Positions 11,101 to 20,454 are shown, counted from the first letter of the stretch. The stretch is DNA of 64,000 nucleotides from Planctomycetaceae bacterium (GCA_020426325.1 JAGQQG010000018.1:1-64000); one strand, 5' to 3'. Notes: generated by a model not told the origin, from the letters alone. Translations and numbers: made by a program.

Positions 11101-13751
11101 TGCAGGCGGTCATTCCGCAGGACGGTCGTCAGGTCGAGCACTTGCGTGTTGACGCTGAAACGGTGATTTCCAAAGCGGATGACCCCTTCGCCGTCCTCGT
11201 AGAGCTCCTGCCGGTCCTTGAGTTGCCGCACGGCGTCCTCACGGATCGTCTTCAGACGTGACTGCACGTCGTCGACTTTGACCGAGTCCCCCAGTTCACC
11301 GAGTTGGGCAATGATGTCGCGGACCTTTTCGATCATCAGGTCCGAGGCGAAATACCCGTGGATGTCGTTGATGTTGTCAAACGACTCGACACGCGTCTTG
11401 ACCCCCTTGAGGATGCGGTCGGCAGCCTGGGCGAGTGCGCTCGCCCGTTTGTTCCGCTTCTCGACAAGTTGCATCCGTCGCGATTCGAAGGCGGAGGCAA
11501 TCTCCTCGCGCTTGTCAGCCAGCTGGACGACAAACTCATCAAACTCTGCAAATTTGCCTTCCAGTTCCTCAACCTGCACCAGCAGTTTGGTGAGATACTC
11601 TTCACATTTCTCCGGCGTGTCGCAAACATCGAGATAGTTGACGACCGACTGATTGAGGAGCTTGAGTTGCGAGGAGAACTCAGCTGCCCCCTCGACGGAG
11701 GCGAGCTCCTGCATCTTCCGTTTCAGGCCCGCCCGGGCCGCGTTCACCTGCGAGAAGATGGCCGAGATGTTGTCGATGATCGTGGTGCGCTGGGTCGCGT
11801 CGTCGATCTTGAGATTGGAGACAATCTCGATCAGCATCTCCAACTCTGCGGCAGATGCGGCGACCTTTTCGTCGACGGCCTTGGCATCAGCGACCTTGCT
11901 CAGATGCTCAATTCCCGCCTGTTCCTGCTGAATGTGCTGTTCATAGGGCGCGAGCGCATCATCACGCAGCAGAAACTCAACGCAACGTTTGGATAACTCC
12001 TCTGTTGCCTGTGTGACTTCCTGTTCAAGTCCCTCGACCAACTCTGCGTCGATATATCGAAGGTCGCGCAGACCAATGATGTCGCCGCGGACTCGGCGCA
12101 GTGATGCGAGAGATTCCACAAACTCGTCGATCGTCTCGAACCGTTTTCGACCGACCGAGTTCAACAGCTCGCGTGTCTGACCGGTGACCCGCTGCGTCTG
12201 CTCGCTCGTGTTCTTGCGGACGCGGACGACTTTCTCGAATTCTTCGACGGCCGATGTGGCGGCGGCCTTGATCTGCGACAGCGGCTCGCCGAGATTGGCC
12301 GCGTCCTGGTGGTTGATCCAGAAGTAGCTGTCGAGAACGTCGGTCGCTTCCTTCACGAGATCGACGTACAGCCCCGCATAGGTGTCTTCCTTCTCGATCA
12401 ACCCCAGAATGAAGTGACACTCGGCCATGCCGCGGACGATGTCGCGGTTGCCGATCTTGTAGAGGTACGAGTCCGTGCTTTGGTGGGGGACGAAGTCTTC
12501 CCCGACGTACGGTGTTTGCCAGACCTGGATCTGGTGATGTTTCTGTGGCTGACTGTGAGCCTTGAACAACAGCATCTCACCCGCGTGAAACATCGTAAAC
12601 CCGCTGCACACAACAGGCGTGTCGACTGTCTGTGCGATGAGGTTGTATCCGAGCAGTACGTACTGTCCGGACTCCGGCTGATAGAACACGTACAACGTGT
12701 CCTCACCGTTGGGGGAGGCGACGCGGCGTTCGAACTTGAGGCCCTGCACATCCGAGTCGAACGTCTTCGCCTCGCCGCTTTGCAGGTAATAGCCGTTGGA
12801 GAAGATGAGCCCGTGGTCGTCCGGCAACAGCACACACGCATGCTCGATCGAGTCGACCCGCATCGCCTGCTGGATCTTCTCGTTGTAGACGATATACCGC
12901 CACTTCGTTTCCTGGTACGGCCGGATCTTGAGCAGGATCAGGTTGCCGACGATGGCGTAGTAGATCTCGGCATCGTCGAGCGTTTGGTCCGGGTCGTCAA
13001 CTTCCTCCGCATACAGCCCGCGACCGGAGTCCGTGTTGTCCTCGATCTTGATCGTGAGATCACCGCCGACTGTTTCGACGAACACACGGTCGTCGATCGA
13101 GATGTGAGGATAGGTGCCGTGACGGTGCATGTCACGTGTGGAGCGGGTCCAGTCGAATTCGTGCTGCGATGGGAAGCGGACCTCATGATCGGAACGGTTG
13201 TCCAAATAGCGCAGCGAGTCGTCCTCGATCAGCCATTTGAAGCTCTTGATGTCGGTCGCTGCTTTGCCGACCTGAAAGACCATGTAGAGGTAGACGCCCC
13301 GCACGAAGAACTTGGCAAACGTCGCCGATTTGTAGTAGCGGTAGATGTCCTGGAAATCTTTCTGAAATTGAGGGTCGCTGATGAGGTCGAGTCCCACGGG
13401 TTGTAACCCGTGGGCTTGTGCGGATTCATCGTTTCGCGCGAACTCGTAGACAGCAAAGACGTCTGCGATGCTGCGTTCAACCTTGAGGCCAAACTGCACG
13501 TTGTAGCCAAACAGGAAGCGGTTCCCGATCGACACCATGTCGCGCGGTACGCAATTGTTCTCAGTCGTAATCCGCTCAGTCGACAGGAGCTTGAGGTCGA
13601 TCGACCCGAACACATCCTTACGTGCTGTGTTGAGCGTCCCCAGCCGCTTTCGCAGCTCGTCCCCATGCCCCTTCAACCGATTGCGCAGAATCTCATACGT
13701 CCCGCTCTCCAACTGCGGCGCGGCTTCGAGTTGTTGGGGAGTTTCTGCCAT
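8106..13751 (-). CDS. Giant (1881 aa) AAA+ ATPase-domain protein, AAA_5/MoxR-dynein-like, with long coiled-coil regions; function unknown
   Basis: Walker A LLLISPPGYGKTTLMEY, Walker B VMIYLDDIQH, sensor region VVMAGNPYTESGEKFQIPDMLANRADIY typical of AAA_5; ~500 aa N-terminal domain, central and C-terminal heptad-rich E/K/Q segments; ATG at 13751; last gene of NfeD-flotillin operon. Confidence 0.8.
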   Translation of the reverse strand: MAETPQQLEAAPQLESGTYEILRNRLKGHGDELRKRLGTLNTARKDVFGSIDLKLLSTERITTENNCVPRDMVSIGNRFLFGYNVQFGLKVERSIADVFAVYEFARNDESAQAHGLQPVGLDLISDPQFQKDFQDIYRYYKSATFAKFFVRGVYLYMVFQVGKAATDIKSFKWLIEDDSLRYLDNRSDHEVRFPSQHEFDWTRSTRDMHRHGTYPHISIDDRVFVETVGGDLTIKIEDNTDSGRGLYAEEVDDPDQTLDDAEIYYAIVGNLILLKIRPYQETKWRYIVYNEKIQQAMRVDSIEHACVLLPDDHGLIFSNGYYLQSGEAKTFDSDVQGLKFERRVASPNGEDTLYVFYQPESGQYVLLGYNLIAQTVDTPVVCSGFTMFHAGEMLLFKAHSQPQKHHQIQVWQTPYVGEDFVPHQSTDSYLYKIGNRDIVRGMAECHFILGLIEKEDTYAGLYVDLVKEATDVLDSYFWINHQDAANLGEPLSQIKAAATSAVEEFEKVVRVRKNTSEQTQRVTGQTRELLNSVGRKRFETIDEFVESLASLRRVRGDIIGLRDLRYIDAELVEGLEQEVTQATEELSKRCVEFLLRDDALAPYEQHIQQEQAGIEHLSKVADAKAVDEKVAASAAELEMLIEIVSNLKIDDATQRTTIIDNISAIFSQVNAARAGLKRKMQELASVEGAAEFSSQLKLLNQSVVNYLDVCDTPEKCEEYLTKLLVQVEELEGKFAEFDEFVVQLADKREEIASAFESRRMQLVEKRNKRASALAQAADRILKGVKTRVESFDNINDIHGYFASDLMIEKVRDIIAQLGELGDSVKVDDVQSRLKTIREDAVRQLKDRQELYEDGEGVIRFGNHRFSVNTQVLDLTTVLRNDRLHLHLTGTDFFEVIESEILNATRDVWSMEVISENREVYRAEYLAYQMLKASGGRQSPVGGDSLTRDGLESSPSSDRENQGVDTPRSPLLTLVQKFMGPRYSEGYTKGVHDHDAAIILRALLDIDATCGLLRYSSRARAIANVYWHHFGRVADKKLMASKLSGFGQIATLFPGTAQQLEYTRELREMLGEFIATSGLFEDADESLLDEAATYLFHELSTAGDIFVIARTAIQLHDGFHQHLSSLSASERFSESLKAVQRNQDAAFELARDWVSAYVTMASGGRQSPVAEDGQTSEEPGLNEGNQVNRQGVNTPRSPARDHVDEVAALLISGDINRDAVIGTDMSCTLKNLVGTHPIIDSGTYNLQFNRFMERLERFERLTVPAYRSYHELKTRVVDEAREEMKLTEFQPRVLTSFVRNRLIDQVYLPLIGDNLAKQIGTAGADKRTDRQGLLLLISPPGYGKTTLMEYIANRLGIIFMKINGPAIGHEVTSLDPAAAPNAGAREEIEKLNLAFEMGDNVMIYLDDIQHCNTELLQKFISLCDAQRKVEGVYKGKAKTYDFRGRKVAVVMAGNPYTESGEKFQIPDMLANRADIYNLGEIIGDSTDAFEMSYLENSLTSNPILAKLAARSQKDVYAVIKIAQRALRGEQATGEGIDLEGSYALEELNEFVAVMQKLMRVRDVVLKVNRAYIESAAQHDDYRTEPPFLLQGSYRNMNRIAEKVLPVMNDEELQTLIVSSYQNDAQTLTSGTEANMLKFKELMGIQSQSDRERWDDIKRTYKQNVKLRGIGSDDKTGQVIATLTTFADGLESIRKTLAHGVVELTTKDGASAREERMLEEAERLNTHLAELSHRLTDGVEKISHLADRPINMPPLEVPPIEMKWPDGLPALAGSAQPPASPMIPTDDPAVFAQRTPLEPMSSDPETKRITVVNRIPRTVLNVLEHQFELMEGWLRPLLDRSDEQRAELHNLGKQIEQCLKDYGKLLRRLEDAEKKEDVESTVE
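10172..10275. repeat. TIR-bounded palindromic element copy 1 (104 bp), inserted in-frame in the giant AAA+ gene
   Basis: Starts GGCGAGCGGGGGGTGTTAACCCCCTG, ends GACAGGGGACTGACGTCCTCCGCTCGCC; the 9-bp termini GGCGAGCGG/CCGCTCGCC are perfect inverted repeats; it is translated on the minus strand as ASGGRQSPV...QGVNTPRSP. Confidence 0.75.
10846..10959. repeat. TIR-bounded palindromic element copy 2 (114 bp), inserted in-frame in the giant AAA+ gene
   Basis: Same 26-bp 5' end (GGCGAGCGGGGGGTGTCAACCCCCTG) and 29-bp 3' end (CGACAGGGGACTGACGTCCCCCGCTCGCC) as copy 1; central part diverged; translated as ASGGRQSPV...QGVDTPRSP; flanking protein sequence is unrelated between the two copies. Confidence 0.75.
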
Positions 13752-13797
13752 TGGTTGGGTTTAGTTCACCACAGAGGCACGGAGAACACTGATGGGA

Positions 13798-14283
13798 TTA
13801 GTCAAGGTTTTTCACTCGATTCCATTCGCGTTTGAGTATTGCCTGTGCTAAGTCAACTATTCTGTTCCCTAGTGAAATCAAGTCATTTTCAGGTTGTTCG
13901 TACTTTGATTCTGGATTCGCCATTGCTGAGCGGCTTGCTCTCTCCAACAACGCTCTAAGTTGTGCATGGTCTTCTTCGGATGGATTCAGCCTGAGAAGTA
14001 TCCTCGACAGGGTAGTTGCCAAGGAACGATGGAGATCGCCTTTGTTTTCCAGGATGACAGTTGAGGGAGTTGCGTTCTCCAGTGAGAGCTCTCCAGACAA
14101 CACGGCGAGGTTACCAAGATATTCCGAAAGGTCATCTCGAAGTGCATCAATCCAATGCTGTCGAAAAGCGGAGGTCGTAGTGGCTTTGATTTGCTTGCTT
14201 GAGACGTAGAGTGGGACGAGAGCTCCCACGACGAATGCGAGCAACATACCTACTGGTTGAATAATCGCGTCGATATCTTGCAT
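13798..14283 (-). CDS. Hypothetical small membrane-anchored protein (N-terminal TM helix)
   Basis: 161 aa; N-terminal hydrophobic helix VGMLLAFVVGALVPLYV; sits between the flotillin gene and the giant ATPase gene on the same strand with 40-46 bp gaps. Confidence 0.5.
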   Translation of the reverse strand: MQDIDAIIQPVGMLLAFVVGALVPLYVSSKQIKATTTSAFRQHWIDALRDDLSEYLGNLAVLSGELSLENATPSTVILENKGDLHRSLATTLSRILLRLNPSEEDHAQLRALLERASRSAMANPESKYEQPENDLISLGNRIVDLAQAILKREWNRVKNLD

Positions 14284-14323
14284 GTAATCCTCCGTGTCTC
14301 CGCGCCTCCGTGGTGAAACAAAC

Positions 14324-16459
14324 CTACGCCTTGTCCTCAGTCGCAGCGGCTAACCCAAGCGCGGCGACTTTCTTGTCGGACAGGCCCATCGATGTGACGG
14401 TTCTCTGCAGTTTCTTCAACCCGGCGGTGATCACGTCGTCGTCCGAGTCCAAAAGCATCTTGCCGAGCAAGGCTGCGACCGACAGGTCCTTGACGTCCTC
14501 GAAGCTCAGGCCGAAGTGATCGGTGAAGTGCTTGAGGTTCGCGCGGAAATCGCCGTTGCCGTTGCCTGCGAAGAACGTCTCCTTGACGTCGGTGAGGACG
14601 TGAGAGTTGTTGACCCAGCGGTCGACGGACTTGCCGGCTTTGATCGAGTCGACGATCTTGTCGAAGAACTCGGTCTCGCCACCAACGATGTCGATACGGG
14701 CCGTTTTGAGGGCCGCTCCGACGATCTCAGACTGCTCGGCAGCGATCTTCGTCTGAGCGTCGATGGCTGCGATCTCGATGTCGCGGTCCTTGTTGAGCTT
14801 GAGTTTGAACTCTTCGTGCTCGCGACCCACGCCATCGAAGATCTTCATCGCTTCGGCCTTCTGCTCGATGCCACGGGCTTCTGCATAGAACTTCTGCTCG
14901 ATGACAGCCGCTTCGGCGAGGCCTTCCTTCTCGATCGCATCGGCCTTGGCTTTGAGACCCTCGGCTTCGGCGACAAGTTTCTTCTGCGTGACGTTGGCCT
15001 GGGCAGTTCCTTCTTTCTCAACTGCATCGGCTCGAGCGATCAACACCTGAGCATCGGCCAGTCCCTTGGCAGCGTGTTCGGCCTGAGCCGCTTCGGCCAG
15101 CATCTTCTTGGCGGCCATCTCCTTCTGAGCAGCTGCCTCCAAGGCCTCGGCTTCGATGACCCGCTGTTTGGCAGCATGTTCGGCTGCCTGTTTCTGAGCC
15201 TCGGCTGCTTTGATCTCAGCAACAAGACGAGACTCGGCTTCCTCTTCGGCCTTGGTCACGGCGACTTGTTTGGACCGATCGGCGGTCGCGAATTCTTCGG
15301 TGTCGAGAATCCGCTGTTGTTCCTCGACGACTGACCGTTCGACGGCGACGCGTTCGCGGATGACATCCTGGATGTTCCGCTTTTCGACTTCGATCGCCTT
15401 TTCCTTGTCGATCGTCGCGAGACCGACAATGCGTTCCCGCTCGGTGACTTCGAGCATGCGGTCCTTCTCGACCCGCTCGCGTTCGACGGCGTCAGTCCGC
15501 TCTTTGTTTCGCTGGGCGACAATGAACTGCCGCAACTTGTTTTCTTCAGCGACGGACAATTCCTCTTCCGTCTTGATGCGTGCGGACTCTGCCTTGAGTC
15601 GTTCTTCCTGACCCACTTTTGCGGCTTCGGCCTGTTCACGGGCTGCGATCTCAGCGATCTCCCGCTTCTGTTTCTCAACCGCCTCGACCCGCTGTTTCTC
15701 AAGTTCCAGGATCGCCTCCTGAGCCTCGACGTCCTGCTTTTTGATGGTCTTCTCTTTTTCCCGCGTGATCTCGTTGGCCTGCACGTGCTCGCGAGCAGTA
15801 AGGTCTGTGATCTTCTTGATACCCTCAGCATCGAGGATATTCATCTGCGAGAGCATCTCGATGGGAGTTTGCTCAAGTAAATCAATTGCACAGTCGTTCA
15901 GGGTATAGCCATCAAGGTCCTTGCCAATCACTTTGAGAATCTCGTCCTTGAACTTGTCTCGCTCTTCATAGAGCTCAACAAAATCGAATCGCTTACCAAC
16001 AGTCTTGAGAGCTTCAGAGAACTTCGCATCGAACAGTTCAACGAGTGCCGCTTTCTCGGAAGCGCGGGCGCATCCGAGTGATTGTGCGACCTGCAGGATA
16101 TCCTCTTTCTTGTTATTCACTCGAACGAAGAACGCAACTTCGATATCGGCCCGGACGTTGTCTTTGCAGATGAGTCCTGAGGAGCCTTGACGTTTGATCT
16201 CGATCCGTTTGACCGAGAGGTCCATCATCTCAGCGCGGTGGAAAATGGGGAGAATCCAGATACCGTCACCACTGGCTGCGTGCAACCCCTTGTAGCCGGA
16301 TCTGACGATGGCTTCTTCAGGGCCAACCTTGCGGTAGAAACGGGAGAACATGACACCCGCAGCCAAAACGAAGGCTCCAAATATCACCAAAACACCCGCA
16401 CCGACCTCGAAGATCTGGGCGAACATCACGAAGCTGGAAAGATCAATGAGCTGAGACAC
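14324..16459 (-). CDS. Flotillin-like SPFH/band-7 protein (YqiK/FloT-like)
   Basis: 711 aa; N-terminal TM, SPFH domain, then long Ala/Glu-rich coiled coil with EA repeats (AEAEALEAAAQKEMAAKK...), C-terminal flotillin tail; start abuts the stop of the upstream NfeD-like gene. Confidence 0.9.
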   Translation of the reverse strand: MSQLIDLSSFVMFAQIFEVGAGVLVIFGAFVLAAGVMFSRFYRKVGPEEAIVRSGYKGLHAASGDGIWILPIFHRAEMMDLSVKRIEIKRQGSSGLICKDNVRADIEVAFFVRVNNKKEDILQVAQSLGCARASEKAALVELFDAKFSEALKTVGKRFDFVELYEERDKFKDEILKVIGKDLDGYTLNDCAIDLLEQTPIEMLSQMNILDAEGIKKITDLTAREHVQANEITREKEKTIKKQDVEAQEAILELEKQRVEAVEKQKREIAEIAAREQAEAAKVGQEERLKAESARIKTEEELSVAEENKLRQFIVAQRNKERTDAVERERVEKDRMLEVTERERIVGLATIDKEKAIEVEKRNIQDVIRERVAVERSVVEEQQRILDTEEFATADRSKQVAVTKAEEEAESRLVAEIKAAEAQKQAAEHAAKQRVIEAEALEAAAQKEMAAKKMLAEAAQAEHAAKGLADAQVLIARADAVEKEGTAQANVTQKKLVAEAEGLKAKADAIEKEGLAEAAVIEQKFYAEARGIEQKAEAMKIFDGVGREHEEFKLKLNKDRDIEIAAIDAQTKIAAEQSEIVGAALKTARIDIVGGETEFFDKIVDSIKAGKSVDRWVNNSHVLTDVKETFFAGNGNGDFRANLKHFTDHFGLSFEDVKDLSVAALLGKMLLDSDDDVITAGLKKLQRTVTSMGLSDKKVAALGLAAATEDKA

Positions 16460-16461
16460 GG

Positions 16462-17145
16462 TCAGGTCTCCTGTGGGACGCGTTGGATGATGAAGGTGTT
16501 TCGTTCGGGTTCGAAGTCGACGATTCGGACTGTCTCGCCCTTATGAGGAATATATTGTTCGTCCTCCGTGCGGACGTTGATGACGAGCGGCGAGGCATCT
16601 GTGGCGTAACTCGCCTGTCCATGTCTGGTGGTGACCTCGGAGGTCGTGACGATGCACGTCTGCCCCAGCAGGTCTTCCGATTTGTTGATTTCCGGCGTGA
16701 CGAAGAATCCTTTGAGTGGTTGTGTCATGAACTTGGCGAGAAACAGCGAGATCCCGCCATTGCGTGCGAGAGCTGTGACTCCTTCCACTGTTTCTACATT
16801 GCTCAAACCCCGGTCAAAGAGCATGGTCAATGCCCAGGTGCAGATGGCAAAAAACGTCAGCCACACCATTAACGGCACCTCACCGAGGTTGAAGAACTTC
16901 AACCCCATCATCCCGACACTCAGCGGCGAATGCTGCCCTCCGTCCAGATGCACGTCGGGACTGTGAACATCCGGTCCGTGAACATCGGGAAGATGCACAT
17001 CCGAGTGCAGATCGAAATGAAAATCAAAAGTATCGAGGTCGACTGCTCCGAGGATGACCATAGCCCAATAGGCCATCACGCAGCAGACCAGGGTCGAAGC
17101 CACGAGTGCGGGACCCTGAAAACAATCTGTGAGGAACTCAACCAT
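16462..17145 (-). CDS. NfeD-like/YqiJ-like inner membrane protein (OB-fold C-terminal domain)
   Basis: 227 aa; N-terminal TM helices, His/Asp-rich periplasmic repeat (DVHLPDVHGPDVHSPDVH), C-terminal beta-rich OB-like domain (GQTCIVTTSEVTT...GETVRIVDFE); immediately upstream of flotillin, as in the yqiJ-yqiK / yuaF-floT arrangement. Confidence 0.65.
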   Translation of the reverse strand: MVEFLTDCFQGPALVASTLVCCVMAYWAMVILGAVDLDTFDFHFDLHSDVHLPDVHGPDVHSPDVHLDGGQHSPLSVGMMGLKFFNLGEVPLMVWLTFFAICTWALTMLFDRGLSNVETVEGVTALARNGGISLFLAKFMTQPLKGFFVTPEINKSEDLLGQTCIVTTSEVTTRHGQASYATDASPLVINVRTEDEQYIPHKGETVRIVDFEPERNTFIIQRVPQET

Positions 17146-17527
17146 AGCTTGCCTCTTGGATCACGTTGCCAATATGCAACACGAATTCTCGTCTGCTCGT
17201 GAGGATAACGGGGGGCGGACCAGAAGGATCACGAAAATCTGGGGTGTGGGGGACAGGATTCCGGATTCTCCGGGTGGGCCTGCTGTGACACATCGGACGA
17301 TCGACGGGTCTGCCCGGATTGTCTCGCGTGTTTGGCGAGAATGCATCCCACGGGTTCGTCCGATGTTACGTAGAGAGGATGTGGTTGATTGAGTTCATGC
17401 TGCCTTGGTTCCCGACACGGAGCGTCGTGGCACACTGGTGGGCCGACTTGCATGCCTGCTTCGCTTCGAGAATGATTGCGTGACTTGGCTCGACTTCTTC
17501 CCCCCCCAGTGGACAGATGCTCCCATC

Positions 17528-19522
17528 GTGAACGCGAGACTCCTGCTTCTGCTCCTGATCGTGTGCTCGGTTGCTCAGTCAGCGACAGCGGGGGGAGTGA
17601 TCGACAAACGGCTGAAGCTGGTGGTCGTCCCGCGATTCGGAGCGATCCGAGGGCAGGCACCGGTGCCGCTGAGGTACTCGCTGAACTGGTCCGAGCCACA
17701 GTTGCTGGAAGGACACCTGCGCCTGAAATGGTTTGTGAACCAGACGCAGCTGGGAACCTACACGGCTCCAGAAGTGGCCTTATCCAGCGGGAGTGTGACG
17801 CGAAACGTGTTACTGCCTCCCGTGATCATGCCTTTCGAGAACGCCTTCTTCACCGTACAGGGGGAGTTCGTCACGGACTCTCAGATTTACGATCTCGACG
17901 TGCACGACGTGTTCATCCCGTTGGACTGGCGGCGAACGTTCGTGGCTGCCATCGGACGTCAGCCGCCTCTGCAAATGGAAGCGACCGAAAGCAGCGACCG
18001 AGATGTTGCTTCTGCCACGTTTACGGAAACACTGCGATTGGAGCGGTTCATTGAAGAGCCGATGACCCACCGCGAGTTGAGCACCATGGTGGTCGAAGTT
18101 GCTCCGCCGGATCTTCCTACGAATCCTCTGGAGTTCATGGGTTTCGATCTGCTGATGATTCCTGCGGAGAACGTCGACATCCTGTCGAACAGATTCTTGA
18201 GCGCAGCGACGATGTGGGTCAGAGCAGGGGGCAGCCTGTGCGTCTTCGTGGATACTCCGGTGAAGCAGGAGGTTGTCGATTTCCTCAATCACTTGACCGG
18301 GAACTCATACGTGAATGGGGCCTACCTGCGGACGGGCGAGGGACGATTGCTGCCTGTGGTCGGGGAAGCGACGGGGATTGACCAGCACCATTGCGAGTTG
18401 GGGCGACTGGTTGTTGCCCGTGGACCGGTCGACTACTCCCGTGAGGCATGGGAGCGGGCCATGTTGTTTCTGTGGAAAGTGAGGCAGCACAGAATTGATG
18501 AATGGGAACAAGGTGAGGAGTGGAAGGTCGCCTTTCCGCCCGATCATTACGATCAGGTCCAGGAATTGACCTTTCAGCCCAACAGGGAACTCGCGAACCC
18601 GTGGATGACCGAGTTGATGCTGCCGCAAACGATCCAGGGGATTCCGCTGGTCACGGTCTGCAGCATTCTGACGCTATTTCTGCTGATCATTGCGCCGGGA
18701 GATTACTTTCTGCTCGGCTGGTTGAGACGACGGCGATGGACCTGGGTGGTCTTTCCTGTCATGTCGCTGTTGTTCACACTACTGATGATCAAGCTCGCAG
18801 AAGCTCGGCTGGGGTCGGCCAATCTGGAGCGTTCGATCACGATCGTTGATCTCTCGTCGCAGGGGCGCCCGCTGCGATCAACAAAGATCGAGCTGCTGTA
18901 CCCGGCCTTCAGTCGTGAGGTGAGCGACGAGCAGGAGTCGGCCTGGATGGTGCCCATCGATCCGGACACGCAGGAATGCAACGCCTTTCGAGGCATGCTG
19001 GAGGACATGCCCAAGTATGAACCTCCGTGGGAATACACGGGTTCGCTTCCCGGCCGACACGTCGTGCAGCGGGACGTGCGTCAGTGGTCTCCGCGGTTGT
19101 CGCGAACCACGACGCTCGGTGAGACATCGCTGGTCGAGACCTCCCCGTTGGTCAACTTCAACTGGAGGAATGTCACGTGGGAGCAGTCGACTGATGAGCA
19201 GAATGTGGATGCACTGCGTCGATCGTTTCAGTCCCTCGATCCTCATGCGGACGTGACGGTCCTGGGAGACAGGCTCAATGCCCGACTGGATCAAAGACTT
19301 TCCATCCAGGAGCGCGTTTTCAACTTTGTGCAGTTCATCACTTACGTCGGCGACTCTCACCTGTTTGATCTGTTGTCACAGGTCTCTCCGACAGCGGCCG
19401 GTCACTGGGATGACCTGGCACTCATGGATTGGGGAGGAAAGCAACGAGTCTTCCTCGCGATCACGGAACCGCGTGAAGGGCATTTTGTCGTGTACCGCAA
19501 ACTCCTGACAAAGGGAGAGTGA
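17528..19522 (+). CDS. Hypothetical secreted/membrane protein co-transcribed with ABC transporter (ORF track start 17405 is TTG; GTG 17528 gives a signal peptide)
   Basis: From GTG 17528 the N-terminus reads (M)NARLLLLLLIVCSVAQSATA, a typical signal peptide; internal TM hairpin LVTVCSILTLFLLIIAPGDYFLLGWLRRRRWTWVVFPVMSLLFTLLMIKLA; stop overlaps the ABC ATPase start. Confidence 0.55.
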   Translation: MNARLLLLLLIVCSVAQSATAGGVIDKRLKLVVVPRFGAIRGQAPVPLRYSLNWSEPQLLEGHLRLKWFVNQTQLGTYTAPEVALSSGSVTRNVLLPPVIMPFENAFFTVQGEFVTDSQIYDLDVHDVFIPLDWRRTFVAAIGRQPPLQMEATESSDRDVASATFTETLRLERFIEEPMTHRELSTMVVEVAPPDLPTNPLEFMGFDLLMIPAENVDILSNRFLSAATMWVRAGGSLCVFVDTPVKQEVVDFLNHLTGNSYVNGAYLRTGEGRLLPVVGEATGIDQHHCELGRLVVARGPVDYSREAWERAMLFLWKVRQHRIDEWEQGEEWKVAFPPDHYDQVQELTFQPNRELANPWMTELMLPQTIQGIPLVTVCSILTLFLLIIAPGDYFLLGWLRRRRWTWVVFPVMSLLFTLLMIKLAEARLGSANLERSITIVDLSSQGRPLRSTKIELLYPAFSREVSDEQESAWMVPIDPDTQECNAFRGMLEDMPKYEPPWEYTGSLPGRHVVQRDVRQWSPRLSRTTTLGETSLVETSPLVNFNWRNVTWEQSTDEQNVDALRRSFQSLDPHADVTVLGDRLNARLDQRLSIQERVFNFVQFITYVGDSHLFDLLSQVSPTAAGHWDDLALMDWGGKQRVFLAITEPREGHFVVYRKLLTKGE

Positions 19523-20454
19523 TGTCGTTCGTACAGATTGAAGGCTTGAGTGTGAGTTACGGCAAAGTGCACGCCGTGCGTGGCATCTCGTTCGAGATTC
19601 CGCAGGGGGAGGTGTTCGGGTTCATCGGTCCGAACGGAGCGGGCAAATCGACAACCATCAAGGTGCTCGCGACGTTGCTCAAACCGGACTCCGGCCATGT
19701 TTCCATCGACGGCATTGATGTCCCGAAATACCCGATGGCTATCCGCCGTCGCATCGGATACATGCCCGACTTCTTCGGCGTCTATGAGGACCTCACGGCA
19801 GCCGAATACCTGCACTTCTATGCAGCGGCGTTTCAAATTCCTCGCAGCCGCCGGGACTCGACCATCGGCGACGTGCTGGCACTGACGGACCTGACCGAGA
19901 AAGCACAGGCACCTGTTGACAGCCTGTCCCGGGGGATGAAGCAACGACTCGCTTTGGCCCGTGTACTCCTTCACGACCCGGACCTGTTGTTGCTCGACGA
20001 GCCTGCATCCGGCCTCGATCCTCGTGCTCGGATCGAAGTCCGCGAACTGCTGAAGGCCCTGCAGGGGATGGGAAAAACCATTCTGATCTCCTCGCACATC
20101 CTGCATGAGCTCGCACAACTCTGCACACGCATCGGCATCATTGAGGCGGGGCAGCTCGTGACCGCGGGGTCACTCGAAGAGATCTACGCAAGCCTCGGCC
20201 TTTTACAGGTCGTGCATACGCAGATCCTGAACCTGTCAGATGAACTCCTTACCAAACTGCGAGCAACGCCCGGCGTCGCCCGAGTCGACACACAGGTCGA
20301 TCGCGTCTCAATCCAGATGCGAGCCGGCGAACTGACCGCAGAAGATTTGCTCGACACGATCCACTCCCACGGTGCCCGCATCCGCATGTTTCAACCGGAA
20401 GCCATGGACATGGAGACGGCGTTTATGAAACTGACGGAAGGGAAGACAGCGTAG
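19522..20454 (+). CDS. ABC transporter ATP-binding protein
   Basis: Walker A GPNGAGKST, signature LSRGMKQRLALARVL, Walker B LLLLDEPASGLD; RBS AAGGGAGAG upstream. Confidence 0.9.
   Translation: MSFVQIEGLSVSYGKVHAVRGISFEIPQGEVFGFIGPNGAGKSTTIKVLATLLKPDSGHVSIDGIDVPKYPMAIRRRIGYMPDFFGVYEDLTAAEYLHFYAAAFQIPRSRRDSTIGDVLALTDLTEKAQAPVDSLSRGMKQRLALARVLLHDPDLLLLDEPASGLDPRARIEVRELLKALQGMGKTILISSHILHELAQLCTRIGIIEAGQLVTAGSLEEIYASLGLLQVVHTQILNLSDELLTKLRATPGVARVDTQVDRVSIQMRAGELTAEDLLDTIHSHGARIRMFQPEAMDMETAFMKLTEGKTA

Noticed and set aside
14516-15334. 272-aa plus-strand ORF opposite the flotillin gene
   Set aside because: Low-complexity translation of the antisense of the EA-rich coiled-coil region; an artefact.
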